Positions 8,824 through 18,600 of a DNA stretch of 64,000 nt are shown piece by piece. Numbering within the stretch: position 1 is the stretch's first letter; each line of letters starts with the position of its first letter. A model generated the notes under the pieces. It made no database searches and was not told where the DNA came from. It saw only the letters and a list, made by a program, of their open reading frames with translations. A program made the translations under genes and the position numbers. This DNA is from Planctomycetota bacterium (GTDB lineage Bacteria; Planctomycetota; B15-G4; SIAN01). The stretch covers positions 1 to 64,000 of the forward strand of contig JANNXA010000018.1 of assembly GCA_031409275.1 (NCBI GenBank). Reading direction: 5' to 3'.

Positions 8824-11800
8824 ATGCCAGACGCCGTGACGGAGCCAACTGCATCACCGATCGCTGCGACGCCTGCGGTGGCGGTCGCGACGTCGCTGCG
8901 GCCATTGCTGATCGCGCAGTTCGCCTCGACCTTCGTGAGCAGCGCGTTCACCCTTTTCGTCGCGCTGACGCTCGTGCGTCGGGGCGGCGGCGGCGGTGGC
9001 GAAGTCGCGTTGCAGGCGGCGATGACGACCACGTTCCTGCTCGGCGTGCTGCCGATGGTGCCGGCGAGCGTGCCGGCGACCTGGCTTGCCGACCGCTTCG
9101 GCAAGCCGCTGCTGCTGCGCGTCCTGTCGTTGGTGCTGCTGGTGGTGGCGGCGAGTGCCACGCTGGCGCTGGCGTTCGCGCCCGGCCACATGGCCTTCGT
9201 GCAAGCGGCCGTCGTGTTGATGGGGATTCAAGGGGCGCTGTTCAGCCCGGCCAAGTACGGCGTACTGCCAGAACTGGTCGCGCACGAGCGCCTTTCCGAA
9301 GCGAATGGACGTCTCGAGCTTTCGACCTTCGTCGCCATCGTTGCCGGCTCGGCGGCGGCGGGACCGCTCGACGTCTGGAGCGCGGATGCACCGTGGCTTG
9401 GACCGCTGCTGCTGGTGCTGGTGGCGCTGGTGGGCTGGTTGGCGGCGCGGCGCATCGCCGATCGTCCGGCAAGTGGCGTGGCCGAGCCGCTGGTCGCGTC
9501 GCTGCGCGGAGCGTGGCAGGCGCTGCGCGCCGATCGCTTGCTGCTGCTGGCGGTCGCGGGCAGCGTCGCGTTCTGGGGCCTCTCGAAGCTGATTGGCCAG
9601 AACGTGCTGGTCGACGGACGCAGCCGGATGGGGCTGCGCGGCGAGCTTTCGAGCATTCCGCTGGTCCTGGTGGTGGTTGGAGTCGGAGTCGGCAGCGTGC
9701 TGGCCGGAAAGATCTCGGCACGCAAGGTCGAGATGGGGCTCCTGCCGCTTGGGGCGCTGACCATGGCGCTCGCCGCCATCGCGATCGGCGGGCGCGACTG
9801 GGGCATCACCGCGAGCTTCGCGTGGCTGGCGGTGCTGGGACTTTGCGGCGGTCTGTTGCTCGTGCCATTGAACTCGCTGCTGCAATGGCGTGCACCGCCG
9901 GCGCGACGCGGCGCCGTCATCGCGCTGGCCAACGTCTTCGTCTATTCGGGGATCGCGGCAGGAGCGGCGAGCGCCGCGCTGCTCGCCAAAGCGGGCCTCT
10001 CGACGCGCGCGATCTTCGTCGCCGCGGGCAGCGCGCTGCTGATCGGTGGCATCGTGGCCACCGTTCGCTCGCCGCAGACCTTCGTTCGATTGGTCCTCTG
10101 GCTGCTGACCAACACGCTCTATCGAATGCGCGTCCATGGTCGCGCGAACGTCCCCGAGCGGGGCGGCGCGCTGCTGGTTCCCAACCACGTCTCGTTCGTC
10201 GATGGGTTGCTGGTGATCGCGAGCCTCGATCGTCCGGTGCGCTTCCTGGTCGACGGTTCCTTCTTCGAGCGACCGTTGCTGGGGCGCGCGCTGCGATGGT
10301 TCGGAGCGATCCCGATCAGCTCCGGCGGCGGCCCGCGCATGATCCTGCGAGCGTTTCGGGAGGCGGGCAAGCACCTCGACGAAGGCCACCTCGTCTGCGT
10401 CTTCGCGGAAGGGCAGATCACGCGCAACGGGCTGCTGAACCCGTTTCGGCGCGGACTCGAGCGCATCGCCAAGGGGCGTAGCGCGCCGATCGTGCCGGTC
10501 CATCTCGATGGCGTGTGGGGCAGCGTCTTCAGCTACGCCGGCGGCCGCTTCGTCACCAAGTGGCCCGAGCGCGTGCCCTATCCGGTGCAGGTCTCCTTCG
10601 GCGAACCGCTGCCGTCGTCGACGCCGATCCACGCCGTGCGCAGCGCCGTGACCGAACTCGGCGAGGCGGCCTGGCGCGCCCGTCAGCTCTTTCGCAGGCC
10701 GCTGCACCACGCGTTCCTGCGTCAGGTGCGACGTGCCCCATGGCGGCTGCTCTTCGCCGATCAGAACGTGGCGAAGGTGTCGCGGCTGCGCGCGGCCGCC
10801 GGTGCGATCACGCTGGCGCGCGCGCTGCGCGAACCGCTCGGCAGCGACGAGCGGGTGGGCGTGTTGCTGCCGCCGTCGATCGGCGCGGCGCTGGCCAATC
10901 TCGCGCTCGCCTGCTCGGGACGCACCAGCGTCAACCTCAACTGGACGGCGGGCCCTGCCGCGATGGACTCGGCCGCGCGCCAGTCGGGCTTGCGCTTCGT
11001 GCTGACCAGCGCCGAGTTCCTGGCCAAATCGAAGGTCGAACTTCCGGTCGGCACGCGACCGCTCTTCATCGACGAGTTGCTGCGCACCGCGTCGCGTGGC
11101 GCGCGCTGGCACGCGGCGCTGCTGGCGTTGTTCGCGCCGATCCGCGTCGTCGAGCGGGGCTGTGGCGCGCGCCGTCGCGTCGAGCTCGACGATCTGGTCA
11201 CCGTCCTCTTCAGCAGCGGCTCCACTGGCGAGCCGAAGGGGGTCATGCTCTCGCATGGCAACGTCGATGCGAACGTCGCCGCGCTGGCGCAGGCGTTTCG
11301 CACCGTCCCGCAAGAGCGCATCCTCGGCGTGCTGCCGCTGTTCCACTCCTTCGGCTTCACGGCGACGCTTTGGTTCCCCGCGTGCCAGGGGTTCGCGACG
11401 ATCTTCCATCACAGCCCGATCGATGCGCCCGCGATCGGCGCGCTGGTGGAGCGCTTCCGCGTCACCTTCCTGCTGGCGACTCCGACCTTGCTGTCGATCT
11501 ACCTCCGCCGCATCACGCCGGCGCAGTTCGGCAGCCTGCGCCTGGTGCTGACCGGCGCCGAGAAACTGTCCGAGACGCTCGCGAACGCCTTCTCCGATCA
11601 GTTCGGCATCCGGCCGCTCGAAGGTTACGGCGCCACCGAATGCGCGCCCTGCATCGCCGTCAGCACCCATGACTTCCGTTCGCCCGGGTTCTTCCAACCC
11701 GGCTGGCGGCGCGGTTGCGTCGGGCAGCCGGCACCCGGCGTCGCGTTGCGCGTCGTCGATCCGGAGACGTGGCAGCGTCGCGCGCCAGGCGAGAGCGGGC

Positions 11801-12291
11801 TGCTGTTGGTGCGCGGCGCCAACGTGATGCGTGGCTACCTCGGCCGCGATGACCTCACCGCGAAGGTGATGCGCGACGGCTGGTACGTGACCGGCGACCT
11901 CGCGCGGGTCGACGAGGACGGCTTCCTGCAGATCACCGACCGCCTGTCGCGCTTCAGCAAGATCGGCGGCGAGATGGTGCCGCACGGCCGTGTCGAGGAG
12001 GAACTGCAGAAGGCCGCCGGCGCCACGGTCCCGACCTTCGCCGTCACCGCGTTGCCCGACGCGAGGAAGGGGGAGCGGCTCGCCGTGGTCCACACGCTCG
12101 CGCCCGAACGGGTGCCCGAGCTGCTCGCGAAACTCTCCGCCGCCGGCCTCCCGAACCTCTTCCTGCCGCGCGCGGAGTGCTTCGTCGCGGTCGCGGCGCT
12201 GCCCCTGCTCGGCACCGGCAAGCTCGACCTGCGCCGGGTGAAGCAGCTCGCCGAGGAGGCCCTCGCGGCAGTGGCAAGCGACGGCGGATGA
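8824..12291 (+). CDS. aas: MFS + PlsC acyltransferase + AMP-binding fusion (Aas-type acyl-ACP:phospholipid acyltransferase)
   Basis: LplT-like MFS 'LFSPAKYGVLPE'; PlsC 'PNHVSFVD' and 'FAEG'; AMP-binding 'FSSGSTGEPKG', 'EGYGATE', 'WYVTGD' and 'GTGKLD'; start at ATG 8824 after GAGG. Confidence 0.9.
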   Translation: MPDAVTEPTASPIAATPAVAVATSLRPLLIAQFASTFVSSAFTLFVALTLVRRGGGGGGEVALQAAMTTTFLLGVLPMVPASVPATWLADRFGKPLLLRVLSLVLLVVAASATLALAFAPGHMAFVQAAVVLMGIQGALFSPAKYGVLPELVAHERLSEANGRLELSTFVAIVAGSAAAGPLDVWSADAPWLGPLLLVLVALVGWLAARRIADRPASGVAEPLVASLRGAWQALRADRLLLLAVAGSVAFWGLSKLIGQNVLVDGRSRMGLRGELSSIPLVLVVVGVGVGSVLAGKISARKVEMGLLPLGALTMALAAIAIGGRDWGITASFAWLAVLGLCGGLLLVPLNSLLQWRAPPARRGAVIALANVFVYSGIAAGAASAALLAKAGLSTRAIFVAAGSALLIGGIVATVRSPQTFVRLVLWLLTNTLYRMRVHGRANVPERGGALLVPNHVSFVDGLLVIASLDRPVRFLVDGSFFERPLLGRALRWFGAIPISSGGGPRMILRAFREAGKHLDEGHLVCVFAEGQITRNGLLNPFRRGLERIAKGRSAPIVPVHLDGVWGSVFSYAGGRFVTKWPERVPYPVQVSFGEPLPSSTPIHAVRSAVTELGEAAWRARQLFRRPLHHAFLRQVRRAPWRLLFADQNVAKVSRLRAAAGAITLARALREPLGSDERVGVLLPPSIGAALANLALACSGRTSVNLNWTAGPAAMDSAARQSGLRFVLTSAEFLAKSKVELPVGTRPLFIDELLRTASRGARWHAALLALFAPIRVVERGCGARRRVELDDLVTVLFSSGSTGEPKGVMLSHGNVDANVAALAQAFRTVPQERILGVLPLFHSFGFTATLWFPACQGFATIFHHSPIDAPAIGALVERFRVTFLLATPTLLSIYLRRITPAQFGSLRLVLTGAEKLSETLANAFSDQFGIRPLEGYGATECAPCIAVSTHDFRSPGFFQPGWRRGCVGQPAPGVALRVVDPETWQRRAPGESGLLLVRGANVMRGYLGRDDLTAKVMRDGWYVTGDLARVDEDGFLQITDRLSRFSKIGGEMVPHGRVEEELQKAAGATVPTFAVTALPDARKGERLAVVHTLAPERVPELLAKLSAAGLPNLFLPRAECFVAVAALPLLGTGKLDLRRVKQLAEEALAAVASDGG

Positions 12292-12501
12292 GGGCGGCGC
12301 GGCGCGATCGCGGATGGCGGGCGCGGCGAGCGGTTGGTTGCCCGACCGCTACGGCGGCGTAACGTCCTCGGGCGGCGACTGACGCGATCCCCGGGGGCGG
12401 CGCCGGCATGGCGGTTGCCAGACACGGTGGCGATGCCGTTGGTCTGCCCGGCTGGGACTCGATCGCCGTCTCGCGACCGGATCGAACTGAGGAGAGCGTC
12501 C

Positions 12502-13539
12502 ATGCACCTGCGCCGTCGATCGATCGGCAGCACCTGGTTCGCGACCGCGCTCCTCCTCACGGCGTGCGCGGTGGCCGCCGATCCGCGGATGGCCGGCTCC
12601 ACGACGCCCGCCCCGTTCCCGCCCGTCAGCGCGCCGCTCGCGCAGGTCGACAGCGCCTACGCGCTCGCCGGCAGCATCGTGCTGCCGGTGCAGGCGGGCG
12701 CGGAGTCACCGGGCATGCACAACGTCTTCAAGCTGAGCGACCACATCATTTCGGGCAGCGAGCCCGAGGGCGAGCTGGCCTTCGCTCACCTCGCCGAGAT
12801 GGGCGTAAAGACCATCTTGTCGGTGGATGGCAAGAAGCCCGATGCGGCGCTCGCGGCGAAGCACGGCATGCGCTACGTCCATCAGCCGATCGAGTACCGC
12901 GGCTTCACCGACGACGAGCTGTTGGCGCTGGCCAAGACCTACCGTGAATGCGAAGCGCCGTTCTACACCCACTGTTTTCATGGCAAGCACCGCGGACCAG
13001 CCGCCGCCGCGATCGGTCGCCTCGTCCTCGACGGTGCTTCACGGGAACAGGCGATTGCCGAGATGCGGCAGTGGTGCGGGACGGCACAGGACTACGAGGG
13101 GCTCTACCGCGACGTCGCGATGAAGCACATGCCGGATGTCGAGGCGACGCACTCCTACCTGTTCGACTTCCCCGCGGCGCGCAGCTTCGGCGGCTTCCGC
13201 GAGTCGATGATCGATGTGTCGCGCCGTCACGATGCGTTGAAGCTGCTGGCCAAGCACGACTTCGCCTCCGACCCGGCGCATCCCGACGTCGATGCGCTTC
13301 AGGCGGCGACCCAGCTCGCCGACACCTTCGCGGTGAGCGCGAAGCACGCCGAGATCTTCGACCGCCCTGCCGACTTCCACGGCTGGCTCGCCGCGTCGAT
13401 CGAGCAGGCCGCGGTCCTCCGCGACTCGCTGCGCGAGCTGCGCGCCGGCAGCGCCACGGCGCTCGATGCCAGCAAGAAGAGCTTCGACGCGCTGTCGAAG
13501 AGCTGCGTCGACTGCCACACGGCTTATCGGAACCGGTGA
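12502..13539 (+). CDS. Predicted lipoprotein: CX5R phosphatase/DUF442-like domain + C-terminal cytochrome c'-like CxxCH domain
   Basis: GGAG RBS; lipobox LLLTAC; 'GVKTILSVD' and 'HCFHGKHRG' (CX5R); terminal 'SCVDCHTAYR'. Confidence 0.8.
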   Translation: MHLRRRSIGSTWFATALLLTACAVAADPRMAGSTTPAPFPPVSAPLAQVDSAYALAGSIVLPVQAGAESPGMHNVFKLSDHIISGSEPEGELAFAHLAEMGVKTILSVDGKKPDAALAAKHGMRYVHQPIEYRGFTDDELLALAKTYRECEAPFYTHCFHGKHRGPAAAAIGRLVLDGASREQAIAEMRQWCGTAQDYEGLYRDVAMKHMPDVEATHSYLFDFPAARSFGGFRESMIDVSRRHDALKLLAKHDFASDPAHPDVDALQAATQLADTFAVSAKHAEIFDRPADFHGWLAASIEQAAVLRDSLRELRAGSATALDASKKSFDALSKSCVDCHTAYRNR

Positions 13540-13594
13540 GAGCGCGTCACCGCACCGGCAGCGGTGCGGGCGGCGGCAAGTCTGCGTACGGCCC

Positions 13595-14938
13595 CGTGTC
13601 CGAATCTGCGCCTCGATGGGCTGGAAATGGCGGAATCGAGCGGTCGATGAGCGCCGAGTTCAGCCGCGAGGTCGACGGTCCTGCTGTCGGCCGCGTACCC
13701 GCGCGGTCGCGTTCGACGATCGGACGGCGTCGGGACGAGCTACGCCGCGAGGCGGTGGTAGTAGCTGAGAAGCCCGCCGAGCCGTCGTCGGTTCACGACG
13801 CGGCCGCTCGCGTTGCCGAACTCAGTGCTCGGCTCGATGAGCACGTTGCCGATGCCCTGATGAGATCGCTCGGCGTTGTAGTGCGCGACGTACTCGGCGA
13901 GCGCGTGCCGCAACGAGCCTGATCCGACGAAGATCATCCGACTCAGGCACTCGCTCTTGATCGATCGAACGAACCGTTCGGCGAATGCGTTGCAGCTTGG
14001 CGCGCGTGCGGGGCAGAGGACCATGCGGATGCCGTTGTCGTCGAGGACACCGCGGAACGCCGCGCTGAACTTCCCGTCGTGATCGAGGATCAAGAATCGC
14101 TTCTTCCGCAGGAAGCCATCGACGCAGTCGGTCAGGTTGCGCGCGACTTGTTTCATGAAGTCGTCGTCGGGGTTCGGCGTGCTGCCGACGATCGTCACGG
14201 CGCGCGTCGCGAGGTCGATGACGAAGAACGTGTAGTAGGTGACGAGCCCGCGTGCGGTCCAGACTTCGGTCGAGAAGAAGTCGCCGGCGGCGATCGAGGC
14301 CGCATGGGTGCGCAGGAACTGCCGCCACGTGGTGCGCTTGGCTCGTTCGGGCGCCGGGTCGATCCCGTGCCGCTTCAGGATCTTCTTGATGGTGTTCGGC
14401 GCGACGACGTGGCCGAGGTTCTTGAGCGCGCCCTGGATGCGGTCGTAGCCCCACGACGGGTTCTCGCGGGCCATCCGGACGACCAGCTCGGCGATGCGCC
14501 GCATCACGAGCTTCCGATCGGGCTGCCGGCTTGGGCACGTCCACTTTTGCGCGACAAGTCTTCGGTGCCAGCGCAGGATGGTCTCCGGCGTGACGATGGT
14601 CGCAAAATCGTCGAGCAGTTTCCGTCCGAGGGCGACGCCGCGCACCGCCAGGCGCACGCGGTCGTCGTCAGTGAGGCGGAGCTTCCGGCGGCCGAGTTGC
14701 GCCCTGAGGACGCGGTTCTCCTCGCGGAGGTAGTCGAGCACTCGCTGCTGGTGGCGGTTCAGCCAACCGGCGAGGATGACGGCGAGGGCGTGGAAGATCG
14801 GAGGCATTGGGCGCGGGAGCGTAGCGGGCTGGCGCGGCCACGGGCCGAGCGTCGGGGGCTCATGGGATCAGCGCCATTCTTGTGGCGGCTGAAGCGGACC
14901 GCGACCGATCGGTTGATTCGGCCATACAGTCGGACACG
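13595..14938 (-). mobile_element. Putative insertion sequence (integrase-core/DDE type); ends tentative
   Basis: Contains a transposase ORF; 9-bp inverted repeat CGTGTCCGA (13595-13603) / TCGGACACG (14930-14938) flanks it. Confidence 0.5.
13740..14807 (-). CDS. Integrase core domain (rve, DDE) transposase
   Basis: 'VTPETILRWHR', 'ENPSWGYDRIQGAL', 'AGDFF', 'LILDHDGKF', 'NAFAERFVRSIKSECL' and 'HYNAERSHQG'. Confidence 0.92.
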   Translation of the reverse strand: MPPIFHALAVILAGWLNRHQQRVLDYLREENRVLRAQLGRRKLRLTDDDRVRLAVRGVALGRKLLDDFATIVTPETILRWHRRLVAQKWTCPSRQPDRKLVMRRIAELVVRMARENPSWGYDRIQGALKNLGHVVAPNTIKKILKRHGIDPAPERAKRTTWRQFLRTHAASIAAGDFFSTEVWTARGLVTYYTFFVIDLATRAVTIVGSTPNPDDDFMKQVARNLTDCVDGFLRKKRFLILDHDGKFSAAFRGVLDDNGIRMVLCPARAPSCNAFAERFVRSIKSECLSRMIFVGSGSLRHALAEYVAHYNAERSHQGIGNVLIEPSTEFGNASGRVVNRRRLGGLLSYYHRLAA

Positions 14939-15028
14939 AAGGAGCGATTCGAGGGCGGCCGTTCGGTTGCACCCTACGGTGGAGTCGAAACCGGGGGACG
15001 GGACACAACCCAGCATTCAGCTGGAGGA

Positions 15029-15370
15029 CTAGTTCTTGGAGGCCAGGTCAACCGTGATTACCACTCGCCCTCCGAACAAGTTGAAAGCCGTAGTCCGTGA
15101 CTTGAACGGAGCAAATGATTTACACTCCACAACCACCTCAACACTCAACCCATCAAGTCGACAACTGAGAATGTCGGCGTCACTTCCAAACAAACTTATC
15201 TTCGAGACCGACACGCCGTCCTGAACAATCGACGACACATCTTCAACCGCAATCCGAACCGTACGCATCTCACCATCAACAACAGCATCGTCACACACTA
15301 ACACGCATATCGAGCCAGCCGACTCGATAGAACTCAGCGTGGCCTCGTGCAGCTGAATATTCATACTCAC
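15029..15370 (-). CDS. Low-GC hypothetical protein, putative toxin immunity protein
   Basis: 113 aa, ~50% GC against a ~70% background; its start overlaps the stop of an upstream toxin-tip-like fragment (GTGA). Confidence 0.5.
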   Translation of the reverse strand: MSMNIQLHEATLSSIESAGSICVLVCDDAVVDGEMRTVRIAVEDVSSIVQDGVSVSKISLFGSDADILSCRLDGLSVEVVVECKSFAPFKSRTTAFNLFGGRVVITVDLASKN

Positions 15371-15489
15371 CTACCGTCCGGCTTCAAGTGATGATCGTCC
15401 TTCCATTTTGCGGTTGGATTACCATTCTTGTCAAGGAACTCGTCTTTTCGACCTGTAGTGTTAGGGTTAGGACGGTGATAATGGCGCAT
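15367..15489 (-). pseudogene. C-terminal fragment of a polymorphic (Rhs-type) toxin
   Basis: Hand translation MRHYHRPNPNTTGRKDEFLDKNGNPTAKWKDDHHLKPDGR*; resembles 'HYH..NPN....D.YLD..GNP......H' toxin tips; an in-frame stop shortly upstream shows truncation. Confidence 0.5.
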
Positions 15490-15666
15490 AGGGCAAACTA
15501 CTGCGAGTTCCGCACCCACGGAAGGTGTGTGTCACCGCGCCGAGCGCGAAGGCGAACCCCGCCCACCAAACGACACGACCGCAAAGCCAAGTGCGCCACG
15601 CGGTCCAGGGCAGCTGGGCCATCGTCGGTTCCTCCCTCTTCCTTCGGCGCGCGATCGTAAGGCGCG

Positions 15667-18600
15667 TCAGCGGTTCGTCGTGAGTTCGAGAATCGGAAGC
15701 TCCCAGCGTTCGAGCTGGACGCGATTGCCATACCGCGCGCGGTCGCGCTCGCTGCCGTCGTCATGGCGCCGCTCGAGCATCGCGATGATCCGCGCCTCAA
15801 GGATCTCACCGATCCGATCGCGCCAACGCTCGGCGGCATCCTTCGATAGTCGAGCGACGGGTCGACCGCTGCGATCGAACACATCGATCGCGCGCCCCAG
15901 GGAGTCGGGGTCGGTGCGCAGCTCGACGGCATCACCGGTCGACAGCTCGGCGAGGGCTCGGTGGATCGGGTGGCTCGCCGCGCGGCCGCCGGCATATCCG
16001 AGGTCGAAGTCGCGCAGCGAGAGCAGCTCGTAACGCCGCCGCAGCAGCTCCGGCGCGACCGCGGTCGTCGCCGCCTCGCGATCGAGTAGCCACCGCTCGC
16101 CTGACGGCAGCTCACTCGCAAAACCGCCCGCGACGTCGCGGTGCTGGAAGAGGTGCAGGGTGAGCTTCGCGCGAGTCATCGCCACGTAGTAGGAGCGTCT
16201 CTCTTCGACGAGGAACTGCTCGCGCGTCTGATGCCCCTCCCGGCCTTCGCGGTGGCCGGCGCTCCAGGAACCGTCGAGCACGAAGACGTGGTCGAACTCA
16301 AGGCCCTTCGCGGCGTGAACGGAGCCGAGGAAGAGGCCGTTCCCGATCGCTTGGTCGCGCTCCTCGTCGCTGAGCTGCTCATGCAGGAAGGCGGCGAACT
16401 CGCGCGCGAGGGCCGGGTCGTCGCCCACTTCGTCGTGCCAGTCGTCGATCACCGCGTCGAGCAGCCGGCGCCAAGGGCTGCGTCGGGCGTCGAGTCGCGG
16501 TGTCGAGAGCAGCGCGCGCAGCTCCTTCGGAGTCGCAGTCGTCGAGGGGGGCTGCGCCGCGAGTCGTTCGAAAGCCACTCTGAACTCTCGCACTCGATGG
16601 AGCCGGATGCGCTGGTCGGACGAGATGCGTCGGCGGGCCGGAACGCCATTGGTCTCGCACCACGCGCGAACGGGGTCGAGCTCGACGTGGCGACGCGCGA
16701 GGACCGCGACCGCGTTCCAGTCGATCGTGGCGCTGGCCCCTCCGAGTTCGCGCAGGCGCGAGATCTCCGCCGCGAAGGTCGCGAGTTGTGACGCGCGATC
16801 GGCGACCACGAAGCGCTGCACCCTTCCGCGTCCGATCGAATCGCGGCGCGCGAAGTCGCGGGCGGCGAGCGTGGCCGCGCCCTCCGCTACCGGCCGGATC
16901 GGGTGGTCGACTTTCATTCGACCCGGAGCGGGGGCGATGATCCGGTTCGACGCCTCGATGATGGGAGGGGACGAGCGGTGGTTGTCGATCAGGAAGACGG
17001 GCTTCGCCGAGTAGTCCTGCTCGAACCGCCGCATCCAGCGCGCATCGGCTCCGCGCCAGCCATAGATCATCTGGTCATCGTCGCCGACGGCCAGCACGCA
17101 AGCCCGCTCCTCGCGTCGCTTCCCCTTGCCTTGCCGGCGCGCGGCGATCGTGGAGTTCGCGTCGTTCGGCGAGAGCTCGCGAGCCGCGATCGAGGGGCCT
17201 GTCGTCGCCAACGCGTCGCTATTCGCAGCGGTCGCCTGCTCCTCGTCGTTCGGCAACCCGCCGTACCCGGCGAGGATCCGAATCAGCTCGTACTGTTCTT
17301 GATCGACATCTTGGTACTCGTCGACGAGCACGTGGCGGAAGCCGGCCAAAAGTCGCTGGCGGAGTGAGCGAGCCTCGACATCGCTGTCGTCGATCGCTGC
17401 ACGTGCGTCTTCATCGCCGCCACGCAGGAGCGCGATCGCCTCGCGCAGGATGGATTGAAACGCTGCGTCCTTGTCGTGTGATCCTGCGACCGCGTCGTTC
17501 CCGGCGTGACGATTGACGCTCGCGATTCGTTCGCGCTCGAACGTTCGTCCGGTGAGCCGCAATGCGAGTGCGTGGTACGTGTGGATGGTCACGCGGCGCG
17601 CGAGGTCGCCCGCGAGATCGCGCAGTCGGCGGCGCAGTTCGTGGGCGGCGCCGCGGTTGAAGCAGAGGATCAGGATGGCTTCCGGCGGTACGCGGGCGAT
17701 CTGCAGCAGCCAAGCGCAGCGATGCACGACGACACGCGTCTTCCCCGATCCTGGGCCGGCCAGCACCAGGACATCTTCCTCCGCTTTCCGCGTGACGATT
17801 TCGCGCTGAGCTTCGTGTCGCAGATCCGTCACGATTCGTGCGAACGTCGGTGGATTGACTGGGAGCGCGAGTTCCTTGCGACGATCGCGGAACCAGCGGT
17901 CGAGGAAGGCGTCGTTGCGCTGGCTGAAGTAGTCGCTCACCAGTTGTTGCGCGGCGGTCGGCGCCACGGTCATTTGCTCCGCCCAGCGTCGCAGCACATG
18001 CACCTGCTGTTTGCGCATCTCGTAGTGGGATTGCAGCGCCGCGTGATCCTCCTTCGTCCATTTCTGCCCGTTACGGCGATCGACAAGACGGACGGTCATC
18101 GCTTGGCGGAAGAGTGCGAGGCCGCGCTGGAGCGTCACCACTTCGAGTTCGTGGAGATGCAGCAGCGCGCGCTCGGCGGCCGCCTGAGCCTCTTCAGGAG
18201 GTATGCCCGCCAGCCGCACCGCCACCGCTGCGACCATCTCGGAGAGGCCGAATTCGACCAATACCTCGCCGCGCCCCGGATCGGCTGACGTCGCCTTTGG
18301 CAAAAGCATCTCGAGGACGGCTTCGGACGCGGCTCGCCGGCGTTGCGCCAGCAGGTCGAGCGCCTCCCATCCGCGCCGCAGCCGTACCCGCCACTGATCG
18401 GCGCCGCGGTGGCGCGCGTCGAGGCTTCCGCAATGACCCGGGTCGGTTGGCGGGGGATCGTCCGCTTCTGTCGCCGACTGCTCGCAAGGCGTCGCGACCG
18501 GTCCTTCGCCACGCCCATCGACTGAAAGCGCAGAGAGGAGCTTCTGCAGCTGGAGCGGGTGGACCTCGTGCCCCTGTTCGCGCAGTCGCGCGCTCACCTG

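Noticed and set aside
8854..12093. Very long antisense/alternative-frame ORFs (e.g. 8854-12093, 36791-39910, 49819-52845, 57824-60253)
   Set aside because: They shadow well-supported genes, are Arg/Ala/Gly-rich without motifs, and are expected in ~70% GC DNA where stop codons are scarce.
15460..15471. TTAGGGTTAGG telomere-like repeat
   Set aside because: Under two units; explained by the Pro-Asn-Pro-Asn codons of the minus-strand peptide.
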